Shown one piece after another: positions 9,736-18,848 of a stretch of 64,000 nucleotides of DNA. The first letter of the stretch is position 1. Each line of letters opens with the position of its first letter. The DNA comes from Fibrobacteria bacterium (GTDB lineage Bacteria; Fibrobacterota; Fibrobacteria; UBA11236; JADFYW01). The position numbers and the translations under genes are program-made. The notes under the pieces are model-generated. The model was not told the DNA's origin. It made no database searches and was given only the letters and a program-made list of their open reading frames with translations. The DNA is taken from the NCBI GenBank assembly GCA_050294405.1, contig JBNKOC010000028.1, positions 416,001 through 480,000 of the forward strand. The letters run 5' to 3'.

Positions 9736-11646
9736 ATGGTGAAAATTTATTCAAAAAATCATAAAAAGAGCTTTTACGGCCTGATTTACTTGTTTTTAGC
9801 CTTTTTTGCCTTCTCCTGCTCTGTGGCCCCTTCTGTCAGAAAAAGCGATTCCCAAATGCGGACCATGGCCAATGGCGTGCCTCCTGAGCTCAAATCAGAG
9901 CCTATCGTCCTGCTTCAGGATTCCATGGTGGTTGTGCCTTATTTAAATAAAAGTGGCAAAAACAAGCTCACAACCCATAATTACCGGGTTTACCTGGTGC
10001 AAAAGGACGAATTTAAAATTCTGGAAACCCTGGTTATCTACCATTCCGAGACCGTGGAGTCCCGCCCCAGCATTAAAGCGCGTATTTATTATCCCAATGG
10101 CAGCAAAAAAATTATGGGTTGGGAAAAATTTAGCAGCCAAAGGGTGCAGGAGGCTGGTTATTACGAATCCAATCGCTGGGCGAATTTTGCGAAAGTTCCC
10201 GATTATGCCCCCGGGGTGATAATCGCCTTGGAAATAACCAGGCGCTATTCCAAACCCGAATTTGAGAATTTGTATGTGGCTCGGGAAAATTACCCCATTT
10301 TGAAAAAAGATATTGTTTTGGAAATCCCCGAAAATTCCAACTTGGTATATGGTTTTGCCAATAAAGAGGGTTTAAAAGCCGACTCCTCCAAGTGGCAGAT
10401 AAAAGAAAAGAAAAAAGTGGCCTATCATTTTCGCAACTTGGCTAAAATCGAAAACTTTTCCCATATTAAATATCCGGAAAACTGGTTTGGAGCGGTGTAT
10501 TACAATGTGCCTCCCGAAGGCAATGTTTCTTATAGTTGGGAACAAATAGGCGATCACTACCTTAGCTTTTTGCCTGATATTTCTGAGCCCTCGGAAAAAA
10601 TAAGGGAGTTTTCCAAACAAGTGGAGGGAAGCCGTCCCGAGGAAATAATTAAAAGCGCTTACAATTTGCTAAAGAAAAAAATCCGCTACCACGCCGATGA
10701 AAAAGAAATTTTTGCCATTGTCCCCCGGCAACTGGACATCATTTTAAACAACGGTTATGGCGACTGCAAAGAGATGTCTTTTTTGATGATGGCGGTTTTA
10801 AAAGAAAAGGGCCTTGATGCGGGCTTGGCCTTAACATCAAGTCCTGGTGTGTGGCAATTGCATAAAAGTTACCCGGCCCTTAGTTATTTTAACCATGTTA
10901 TTCTGTACTACAAAAAAAGCGATGGTAAATTGGTTTTTGTGGACCCCACCGTTAAGTTTGGGGATTTTAACAACTCTCATTTCCCTTTAAACCAGCAAAA
11001 GGCTTTTTTCCTAAAGAAAAACGCAAGTTTTGTGGATTACATTTTTAGCGGCGATGAATTTGAAAATAGGATTGTAACCACATCGGAAATAAAAAAAGAG
11101 AGCAGTGGCTGGATTCAAACAGGGGTGTTGGAATTTCACGGCCTTTCGGCTTTTAACTTGTTTCGAAGCCTAAGCGGTTTAACCCCTTCGGAAGAAGGGG
11201 AATTTTTAAAAGAATTTTTGCAGGAGTCCTTTAATCTGGAATCTACCAATAGTGTATTAGATACACTATCCCCCGGTTCGGCCCGGATCAATTACACTGC
11301 GAATATAAATCGCTCTGAATTGAAATTGGGCAAGGGAGGCATGTTAATCAATGGGCCCAGTTTATATGGGGGGCTCAACCGCTTTACCACCCTTGATTTT
11401 GAAGGGCCCCGTTATTTTGAAGAAATCGTGCAGGAGGACAGTTGGTCGTTGCCCGAAGGCTTTAGAGATTTGGAATCGAATAATTTGGAATTTGAATTTT
11501 GCAAAGGGGTGTGGTCGTCCAGCCCGGGAAAAGTTTCCCGCAAATTTAGAGGAGAACGGAAAAACTTTTCGGAGGCGGAATCGAAAACCCTAAGTAGCTA
11601 TTACAAGGCCCGCCAAAAATTTTTAAAAACCACAATTTGGCGGTAA
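9736..11646 (+). CDS. DUF3857 plus transglutaminase-like lipoprotein with an intact Cys-His-Asp triad
   Basis: Lipobox FAFSC; motifs GYGDCKE, FNHVI, VDPT. Confidence 0.8.
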   Translation: MVKIYSKNHKKSFYGLIYLFLAFFAFSCSVAPSVRKSDSQMRTMANGVPPELKSEPIVLLQDSMVVVPYLNKSGKNKLTTHNYRVYLVQKDEFKILETLVIYHSETVESRPSIKARIYYPNGSKKIMGWEKFSSQRVQEAGYYESNRWANFAKVPDYAPGVIIALEITRRYSKPEFENLYVARENYPILKKDIVLEIPENSNLVYGFANKEGLKADSSKWQIKEKKKVAYHFRNLAKIENFSHIKYPENWFGAVYYNVPPEGNVSYSWEQIGDHYLSFLPDISEPSEKIREFSKQVEGSRPEEIIKSAYNLLKKKIRYHADEKEIFAIVPRQLDIILNNGYGDCKEMSFLMMAVLKEKGLDAGLALTSSPGVWQLHKSYPALSYFNHVILYYKKSDGKLVFVDPTVKFGDFNNSHFPLNQQKAFFLKKNASFVDYIFSGDEFENRIVTTSEIKKESSGWIQTGVLEFHGLSAFNLFRSLSGLTPSEEGEFLKEFLQESFNLESTNSVLDTLSPGSARINYTANINRSELKLGKGGMLINGPSLYGGLNRFTTLDFEGPRYFEEIVQEDSWSLPEGFRDLESNNLEFEFCKGVWSSSPGKVSRKFRGERKNFSEAESKTLSSYYKARQKFLKTTIWR

Positions 11647-11647
11647 T

Positions 11648-13576
11648 ATGACACATACATTTAGTCGGAAAAATTTATCTTTGCTGGTTCTATTGTTTGC
11701 AGCCAGCAGCTTTTGGAATTGCGCGGTTCCCTTAAGTAAACCCGACTTGCTGGAGGTTCCTCCCAAGAATGAAGGTGTGGAAAAAAAATGGGAAAGTTTT
11801 GGGGCCTATTACGAAGTAGACGAAATTTTTGTGGAAGCCACATACATGACGGGTTTTAACGCCTCCATGCCCCAAACCAAATATATTATAAATAAAAAAA
11901 TAAAGATATTAACAGATAAGGGTTCCGAATACGGCACCCTATTTATTCCCCGATATTTTTACCGGCCCCGAAAGTTTAAAGTGGAAGTGACCAAGCCCAA
12001 TGGGGAAATAACCAAGGTTTCCACCTCAGAGTTAACCCGGCAATTTATGAAAAATAAGCCTATTGTTATTCCTAAAATAACGGCGGGTTGCCAAATAAGC
12101 ATATACATGGAAGGCTTGGACAATGGTTCGGTGACGTCCTTTGAGCATTACTTTTCCCAGGATATTCCCGTGTACCACGGAAAACTTACCTTTTCCAGCT
12201 ACAACAAGTTTAATTACAAATTCAAAGAATATGGGGGCCTGCAATCGGGCATGGACAAAACGAGCGGCCACAAGCAATTGCGCTATCGGGTGTGGGAGGT
12301 TAAAAACCTGCAGCCCAGGGCCAGGGTGAGTTTTATTGGTTCTGTGGATGAATCTGAACCCCGCATGGCGGCGGTGATGGTGAGCCACAACCTCCAATTT
12401 ACCGGCTCCACTTCAGTTTACGAAAGTTGGTCTAAAATGGCGGATAGCTATGAAGAACAGCTTATGGCTAAATCCTGGTTTAACTCTTCTTATAAAACCA
12501 AAAAGTTGGTGGACAGTTTAAAAGCGGGCAAAGAAGGTTCGTTGGAAAGAGCCGATGGAATTTTTTCCTGGGTGCAGAGTAACATCGATTACGAAAGACG
12601 CCCCTTAAAGCCCATTAATCTGGATAAAATTTTAAAAAACAAAAAGGGAAACATATGGGAAATGGCCGCCTTACTCAATTTTATGTTTACCCATGAGGGT
12701 TTTGAAACGGATATCGTTGTAACCAGGCCTAAATCCAATGGTGGATTTGATGCTTATTTTGTAACTCCCCAGGTTTTATCGGTTCCTTTGGTTAAAGTTA
12801 AGGTGGCGGATAAATGGCTCTTGAGTTTTCCCTACTCCAAAGCCGCCGTGTTGGGGGAGTACCCGCCGGATTATTTTGGATTGCAGGGTTTAAGCTTAAA
12901 TGACGGTGTTACGCCTAATTTGCCGGAGCCAATTTCCGGGAAAGGGAAAACCGAAGTGGAGCTTAGCCTGGATTTGGATAATGTATCGGGAGATAACATT
13001 AAATACCATGCCAATTTGGAATATAGCGGAGTTATGGCATACATCATGCGCAATCGTTTTATCAACCAGGAAGAAAAAATCATTAGGGAAGGCTTTCAAA
13101 AATACCTGGAAGATTTGGGAACCTCCAATAAGCTTACGGATTTTGAAATTAAAGGGCTCGAAGACAGGGGGGAGCCCATTAAAGTGGCCCTGACATTTGA
13201 AAACGCCAATCAAAGTTTTAGCCGCAAAAAACAAACCCAGATTAATTTATCCAATATATTTAACAGCTATTTTGAACTTTACGACACCAACCGGGTGGAA
13301 GACCTAAGCTTTTCTCTGGAATATGAGTATAACGAAAAACTGGTATTAAACAATTCGGTTTCCAAAAATGTAAAAGCCGAGATACATTGCTCCAATGTGG
13401 CCAACCAGGTTTTCGAATCCAGCTGCGGGCAATCTTCTGATTCGGGAAGTGATGTTTATGAACGCAAATTTAAACTGAAAAAAATATCCATTAATTCCGA
13501 TGTGATGCGAAGCCTGCTTCCTGATATTAATTCGGTGAATAAAATTAAAGACAGTTTTCTTGTTTTAAATAAATAA
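11648..13576 (+). CDS. DUF3857/transglutaminase-like lipoprotein with degenerate catalytic residues
   Basis: Lipobox-like FWNC; same architecture (IFSWVQSNIDY, ILKNKKGN) but no catalytic Cys or NH motif; starts 1 nt after the previous stop. Confidence 0.65.
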   Translation: MTHTFSRKNLSLLVLLFAASSFWNCAVPLSKPDLLEVPPKNEGVEKKWESFGAYYEVDEIFVEATYMTGFNASMPQTKYIINKKIKILTDKGSEYGTLFIPRYFYRPRKFKVEVTKPNGEITKVSTSELTRQFMKNKPIVIPKITAGCQISIYMEGLDNGSVTSFEHYFSQDIPVYHGKLTFSSYNKFNYKFKEYGGLQSGMDKTSGHKQLRYRVWEVKNLQPRARVSFIGSVDESEPRMAAVMVSHNLQFTGSTSVYESWSKMADSYEEQLMAKSWFNSSYKTKKLVDSLKAGKEGSLERADGIFSWVQSNIDYERRPLKPINLDKILKNKKGNIWEMAALLNFMFTHEGFETDIVVTRPKSNGGFDAYFVTPQVLSVPLVKVKVADKWLLSFPYSKAAVLGEYPPDYFGLQGLSLNDGVTPNLPEPISGKGKTEVELSLDLDNVSGDNIKYHANLEYSGVMAYIMRNRFINQEEKIIREGFQKYLEDLGTSNKLTDFEIKGLEDRGEPIKVALTFENANQSFSRKKQTQINLSNIFNSYFELYDTNRVEDLSFSLEYEYNEKLVLNNSVSKNVKAEIHCSNVANQVFESSCGQSSDSGSDVYERKFKLKKISINSDVMRSLLPDINSVNKIKDSFLVLNK

Positions 13577-13598
13577 CGTCGCAACTGGAATTGCAATC

Positions 13599-14390
13599 TT
13601 AAAAAGTTTGCCTCCAGCTTAATCCGGCCTCTTTTTCCCCGGGATTTAGATGGGGGGTGATTCCCGCATATTTTATTTTAGGATAGGCCCAGGCAAAAAG
13701 CGAACCGATTACAGCTCCTGCAGTAACATCCGCCAAATAATGCTTTCCCGCATACATTCGCATGGAAGCAACTAAACAGGCGGTTCCCAGGGCGCCGCCG
13801 TAAAAAAATTTGGGCCATTTATGTTGGGGGTAATTTTTGATGGATTGGTTTCCAAAATAAACGGCGCTCAAAAAAGCCGCGGAGCTATGGCCGGAATAAA
13901 AAGAACCCATAGCTTCGGATTTATTCCTCTCTTTAAAAGGAGCATGGGGGTTATAGGCCAAAGGCCTTGGCGAATAGCTTTGGGAGCGAACCCATAAATT
14001 AAGCAGTGAAGAAAATGCCAGGGCCTCTCCATAGGTCAACATATTTGATAGCCAAAGACAGGCTGTAGTGTTTGAGGAAAATGCGGGGCTGGCTAAAAAA
14101 GGGCCGGTGGCCATAAGAGACCATAACAGCAAATCGCTTCCTAAGTCCATTCTGGATGAATATTGCCGACGGCTCCAATTGTTAAGCCCGGAGGATTGGC
14201 TGGGTTTTTCCAGCAGGTAATTTGGGCTATATCCCTTTTGAAATTCCCACCCGACAAATAAATGAGAAAGCCCAATCCCTCCCCAAATATAAGCTTCCTG
14301 GGACCAGGAAATTTGAGGCGCATTTTGAGCCCAAGTTTGAGCCATAAAAAGCATTAAAAAGCACAAAGAGTTGAATTTGCTAAAAGTCAT
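13599..14390 (-). CDS. PAP2-family phosphatase/haloperoxidase-like membrane protein
   Basis: Motifs PRP, SFYSGHS, RMYAGKHYLADV. The likely start is ATG 14390, because the longer ORF would overlap lipA. Confidence 0.8.
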   Translation of the reverse strand: MTFSKFNSLCFLMLFMAQTWAQNAPQISWSQEAYIWGGIGLSHLFVGWEFQKGYSPNYLLEKPSQSSGLNNWSRRQYSSRMDLGSDLLLWSLMATGPFLASPAFSSNTTACLWLSNMLTYGEALAFSSLLNLWVRSQSYSPRPLAYNPHAPFKERNKSEAMGSFYSGHSSAAFLSAVYFGNQSIKNYPQHKWPKFFYGGALGTACLVASMRMYAGKHYLADVTAGAVIGSLFAWAYPKIKYAGITPHLNPGEKEAGLSWRQTF

Positions 14391-14426
14391 TTGGAATTGA
14401 TTCCTGGAATTTATATTTACTCTCAA

Positions 14427-15344
14427 ATGGTAGCAAAATCCCTGGAACGCAAGCCTGCCTGGCTCAAAAGAAAAATTCCCGGAGGCCCCGAGTTCGCCGG
14501 GCTGGCTAATTTGATTCGCAATAAAAATTTGAATACGGTTTGCCAAAGTGCCAACTGCCCGAATATTGGCGAATGTTGGAATCAAAGCACAGCTACTTTT
14601 ATGATTTTGGGAAACACCTGCACCAGGGGCTGCCGCTTTTGCGATGTGCCTAAGGGAAAACCCGGGTTTACCGATTGGCAGGAGCCTCAGAGGGTGGCCG
14701 AGTCGGCCAAAAACTTAAACTTAAAACATGTTGTTTTAACTTCGGTGAATCGGGATGACCTGGAAGATCAAGGCTCGGAAATTTGGCGGCAAACTATTTT
14801 AGCTGTAAAAGAAGCCCTGCCTGCTTGTACGGTGGAGACATTAATCCCTGATTTTCAGGGTAACAGCGATTTGGTGGAGGTTGTTTTATCGGCAAAGCCC
14901 GAGATATTAAACCACAACTTTGAGACTGTGGCCCGACTGCAAAAACAAATTCGGGGACGGGGAAATTTGAAAGACAGCTCTCTTGTTTTAAGCTACGCCA
15001 AGTCCCGGGGGTTTATCACGAAAACCAGCCTAATATTAGGATTGGGAGAAACCCGGAGCGAAACTGAAGAAATGATAGAATACATTGCAAAATTAAATGT
15101 AGACATATTAACTTTGGGCCAATATTTGCAGCCGAGTTTTGCCCACCATCCCGTGGCCGAGTACATCGAGCCCAGGGTTTTTAAAGAGTTAAAAGAATAC
15201 GCCCATGTATGTGGAATTCCGGTATGCGAATCCGCACCCTTGCAGCGCAGTTCGTTTAAAGCCGCCGATGCGTTGGAATATATCAGGGAACTACGGGCGC
15301 CAATAAAAATTGATGATCGTTGTTGTGAGCGAGGCGCACCATGA
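14427..15344 (+). CDS. lipA: Lipoyl synthase
   Basis: Motifs RKPAWLK, CQSANCPNIGECW, CTRGCRFC, LGQYLQPS, RSSF. The last ~16 codons come from the inserted element. Confidence 0.95.
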   Translation: MVAKSLERKPAWLKRKIPGGPEFAGLANLIRNKNLNTVCQSANCPNIGECWNQSTATFMILGNTCTRGCRFCDVPKGKPGFTDWQEPQRVAESAKNLNLKHVVLTSVNRDDLEDQGSEIWRQTILAVKEALPACTVETLIPDFQGNSDLVEVVLSAKPEILNHNFETVARLQKQIRGRGNLKDSSLVLSYAKSRGFITKTSLILGLGETRSETEEMIEYIAKLNVDILTLGQYLQPSFAHHPVAEYIEPRVFKELKEYAHVCGIPVCESAPLQRSSFKAADALEYIRELRAPIKIDDRCCERGAP

Positions 15345-15530
15345 TGAACCGAGGGTTCTTGTGAATAGTCTTGTCGAGGGTGAAGGAGCCTGTAACGACC
15401 TAAAACCGGATTATGTGTTATAAATGAGGGTTTTGAGGAAGAGTGGAACACCCTGCCTTTGGGCCCCAGCTCGAAAAAAGCGAGATGGGGAACCTCAAAG
15501 CTGCGAGGGAAATTTTTAGAGGTGCCCGTA
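15292..15530. mobile_element. MITE-like non-autonomous element (~235 bp plus a TA duplication)
   Basis: Left end TACGGGCGCCAATAAAAATT (15292-15311) matches the reverse complement of the right end (15511-15530), TACGGGCACCTCTAAAAATT, at 17/20. TA occurs at both outer ends, there are internal hairpins, and no transposase. Confidence 0.75.
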
Positions 15531-15532
15531 AA

Positions 15533-16330
15533 TTGACCTTAAACATTGTGATAGTACAGCCGGATATTTTCCGGGGAGACCCCGAAAAAAACCGCAGCGC
15601 CTATTTAAAAATGTTTAAAGGCCAAAAAATAAAATCCGATTCTTTAATTGTATTTCCGGAACTGGCCACCACGGGCTTTATCACTGAAGCCTCCGATTTA
15701 AAAAATCCCGTGCTTTTATCTTCGTATAAAGAAGATTTGAAGTTTTACAGCCAGCTAGCCCAAAAATTCCAAAGCTATGTTATGGGAAGCAGTTTGCTTA
15801 TGCGCAATTCCAAATTTGAAAACTGGTGTTTCTTATACGGCCCCCAGGGAAAAAAACTGGGCGGTTATCAAAAACTCCATTCTTTTCGATTGGGGGGAGA
15901 GGCTAAACAATACCGCAGCGGGGAAAAAGTATTTCGGAAAAAAATCGGAGAGTTTAAAACCCAAATCAGCATATGTTATGATTTGAGGTTTCCCGAATTA
16001 TATGTGGCTGGTTTTAAAAAAGGGGTTCAGCTTTTTGTCGTCAGCGCAAATTGGCCTGAAAAAAGGGCCCATCATTGGGAAACCTTGCTTAGAGCAAGAG
16101 CTATTGAAAACCAAGCCTATGTTGTAGGTGTGAACAGGGTGGGAAAATTGGGGGGCATTTCTTATAAAGGAGGCTCCCAAATAATCTCCCCTACAGGCAG
16201 GGTTTTAGTTCACGCCTCAGACGCTTTGGGAGTGTTTGCCGGAGAAATAAACATCAACCAATGTATACATTGGCGGGAACGCTTTTCCGTAATAAAAGAT
16301 AAAAAGCCTGTGGATTTTTATTTTAAATAA
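15533..16330 (+). CDS. Carbon-nitrogen hydrolase (nitrilase superfamily, omega-amidase/YafV-like)
   Basis: Triad motifs FPEL, YQKLH, ICYDLRFPE, plus RARAIEN. The likely start is TTG 15533; the upstream ORF extension lies inside the MITE. Confidence 0.88.
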   Translation: MTLNIVIVQPDIFRGDPEKNRSAYLKMFKGQKIKSDSLIVFPELATTGFITEASDLKNPVLLSSYKEDLKFYSQLAQKFQSYVMGSSLLMRNSKFENWCFLYGPQGKKLGGYQKLHSFRLGGEAKQYRSGEKVFRKKIGEFKTQISICYDLRFPELYVAGFKKGVQLFVVSANWPEKRAHHWETLLRARAIENQAYVVGVNRVGKLGGISYKGGSQIISPTGRVLVHASDALGVFAGEININQCIHWRERFSVIKDKKPVDFYFK

Positions 16331-16450
16331 AAATTCGTTTTAAAAAGCAACATACATATTCGGTAAAACATTTATTGCTTTTGCCGTGTTTAAAAATTTA
16401 TACTAAGAAAAACTTATGGGGCTTGGTTTAAAAAACCACTTTGGAAATAC

Positions 16451-18250
16451 TTGTACAATAACTTTAAAAAAATAAACGGGGACCATCCCTGGAGAGCTAT
16501 TGGCCCCGATGGTTATGTGGACTACCAGGCTTTCCATAAAGAAAATGGAAAAATTATTTTCTTTAATTACAACCTGGCCAAAGAAATGGGGCTTATTGCC
16601 AGGAACCATCCCAAAAAAATGAATTCAAAATTGGAAAAATCCATATTGGATTGTTTTTCCCTTCAAATACTAAACGAACATGATATTTGGTCCGGTGTCG
16701 ATAAGACTAAACTCAAATTAAAACCCAGGCCCTACATGGCCACTCGTTACTTGCAGTTGCAGCACAAAAGCCGCCAGGGTAAAACATCGGGGGATGGACG
16801 GAGTATCTGGAACGGTTATATAAAAAATGCCAAAGGATTTTACTTTGATGTATCCAGTCGGGGAACGGGAGCCACTATTTTAAGTCCGGGAGCCCAGGAT
16901 ACCAACGACTTTGTAAAAACGGGGGATGAAAGCTTGGGCTACTCTTCCGGAACTGCCGACTTGGATGAAATGTTAAGTGGGGCGCTTTTGTCCGAAATAT
17001 TTTTTCGCCGCAAAATACCCACAGAACGCACCCTGGCAGTAATCAATTACCCCGATGATTCGGCAATTGGGGTTCGTTGCGCTCCCAATTTAATCAGGCC
17101 CGCCCATATTTTCAGGCTTTTAAAAATGGAAAGGCACAGCGAATTAAAACTGGCTGTGGATTATTTTTTAAACCGGCAAATTCAAAACGGTTTTTTAAAA
17201 AGGTACGGCGATTTAAAAGAGCAATACCAACATGGGCTCACATACATCGCCCAAACCTACGGGAAATTATCGGCCTTACTGGAAGAGGAATATATTTTCA
17301 GCTGGCTGGCCTGGGATGGCGATAACCTTTTGGCCTCTGGAGAAATTTTGGATTACGGCTCCATCCGCCAGTTTGCCGCCAAGCACAGCCAATACCGCTA
17401 CGAAGATGTGGATCGCTTTTCTACCTGTCTTAACGAGCAAAAAAACCAGGCCAAACTTCTGGTGCAGGTTTTCGCCCAGGCCATGGACTACGCCCTGAGC
17501 AAAGAGAAAAAAAACCTGGATGAGTTTTCTCAAAGCGATAGCCTTGAAGTGTTTGAAGTTTATTATTTGCGCAACAAAGACGAGTTGTTGTTGAAAAAAA
17601 TGGGGTTTGATTCCAAGCAAAGGAAAATCCTTATGGAAAAGCACCGCAGTGAAATATGGAATTTTAGAGAGGTCTGGCTTTTTTTTGAAGATTTAAAAAC
17701 CGTTAAGGGAGAGGAAAAGCTTTTGGATGGAGTTACGGTGCCTCCCGTATTTATTATGCGAAATTTGTTGCGGGAGCTTCCTAAATTTTTCCTGCAGCAA
17801 AATGGCCCTAAATACCAATACCTTGACTCTAAAACCTTTCAAAATTTAATGGCTGCTTCTTATGCCCATCCCAAGGATTTGGAGCTGAATCCAAGTCGGG
17901 TAAAGCGCATTGAAAATTTTCAGCAAATGTACCTGGACCTAGCCCGTTGCTGTGGGGACTCTTTGCGAAAGACCTTAAAAACTCTGGCAGCCCGCTCGGA
18001 AGTTATCAACATGGAACATCGGGTTACCGGAGATGGTTTGGTTTGGATTACTCAGGCGGCTTTAAGCCACCGTCAAGCCATGAAATTTGATGACTTACAG
18101 GAAATTATGGATGCCTTTATTGAGTCTCAAACCCTTTTGCCTAAAAAGTACACTCCCCTGGAATCTCAAATAAAACCTAAATCGTCCACCAAAGCAAAGC
18201 TGCTCCAAAAAATCAAGGAAACCCTGGAGCTCTACAAAGAGACTATTTAA
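16451..18250 (+). CDS. Divergent SelO/YdiU-like (pseudokinase-fold AMPylase-like) protein
   Basis: Motifs FNYNLAKEMG, SGDGRS, IPTERTLA, DGDN, LDYG in SelO order. Confidence 0.6.
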   Translation: MYNNFKKINGDHPWRAIGPDGYVDYQAFHKENGKIIFFNYNLAKEMGLIARNHPKKMNSKLEKSILDCFSLQILNEHDIWSGVDKTKLKLKPRPYMATRYLQLQHKSRQGKTSGDGRSIWNGYIKNAKGFYFDVSSRGTGATILSPGAQDTNDFVKTGDESLGYSSGTADLDEMLSGALLSEIFFRRKIPTERTLAVINYPDDSAIGVRCAPNLIRPAHIFRLLKMERHSELKLAVDYFLNRQIQNGFLKRYGDLKEQYQHGLTYIAQTYGKLSALLEEEYIFSWLAWDGDNLLASGEILDYGSIRQFAAKHSQYRYEDVDRFSTCLNEQKNQAKLLVQVFAQAMDYALSKEKKNLDEFSQSDSLEVFEVYYLRNKDELLLKKMGFDSKQRKILMEKHRSEIWNFREVWLFFEDLKTVKGEEKLLDGVTVPPVFIMRNLLRELPKFFLQQNGPKYQYLDSKTFQNLMAASYAHPKDLELNPSRVKRIENFQQMYLDLARCCGDSLRKTLKTLAARSEVINMEHRVTGDGLVWITQAALSHRQAMKFDDLQEIMDAFIESQTLLPKKYTPLESQIKPKSSTKAKLLQKIKETLELYKETI

Positions 18251-18328
18251 AAAAAATTCCATTTCAAGCTGTTTTGAATAGTCAAACGCTTTTCCTGGTG
18301 GTAAAATAGAGTTTTCACGAAAGAATTT

Positions 18329-18808
18329 ATGTCGCCAACGGGAATCAAAGTCGAGCATATCAACCCATTTATTAAGGCTTGTCTGGATACCTTTTCCATG
18401 ATGGCCGATCTAAATCTGACCCCAGGCCGGCCCACCCTAAAAAAACATAATCTGGATAAATACGATATTTCCGGTATTATCGGTTTGAGTGGCGAGGCGG
18501 TAGGATCCATTGCCCTTTGTTTTTCCAAAAAGGTAGTACTACAGGTGGTGAGCCGTTTTGTGGGCAGCAATTTTAATGACATGAATCGTGATGTTGCTGA
18601 CGCCGTGGGTGAGTTAGCTAACATTATCGCCGGCTACGCTAAAAAAGGCCTTATCGATTTAAAGGTGGAAATCTCCTTGCCTTCGGTTATCATGGGTGGC
18701 GGACATCGGGTTTTCGAACCCAAAGACGCCATGAGTTTTATTATTCCCTTCGATAGCTTTTTGGGAAGCTTTGATATGGATGTTACGCTAAAGCGAAACC
18801 CTGCCTGA
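18329..18808 (+). CDS. cheX: CheX-family CheY-P phosphatase
   Basis: Motifs INPFI, DISGIIGLSG, DAVGELANIIAG, ISLPSVI. Confidence 0.9.
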   Translation: MSPTGIKVEHINPFIKACLDTFSMMADLNLTPGRPTLKKHNLDKYDISGIIGLSGEAVGSIALCFSKKVVLQVVSRFVGSNFNDMNRDVADAVGELANIIAGYAKKGLIDLKVEISLPSVIMGGGHRVFEPKDAMSFIIPFDSFLGSFDMDVTLKRNPA

Positions 18809-18848
18809 AGTCGCGATCATCAATTTTTAAGGTTACCCAAAGTTGGCT

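Noticed and set aside
14391..14585. Long N-terminus of the PAP2 ORF overlapping lipA
   Set aside because: Antisense read-through of lipA; a signal-peptide-like start exists at 14390.
15345..15360. TGAACC...GGTTC resembling the 6S RNA 3' motif
   Set aside because: It lies inside the TIR-bounded element, and a full 6S RNA would overlap the lipA coding region.
15443..15532. 30-aa N-terminal extension of the nitrilase ORF
   Set aside because: It falls within the MITE; the family fold begins at TTG 15533.
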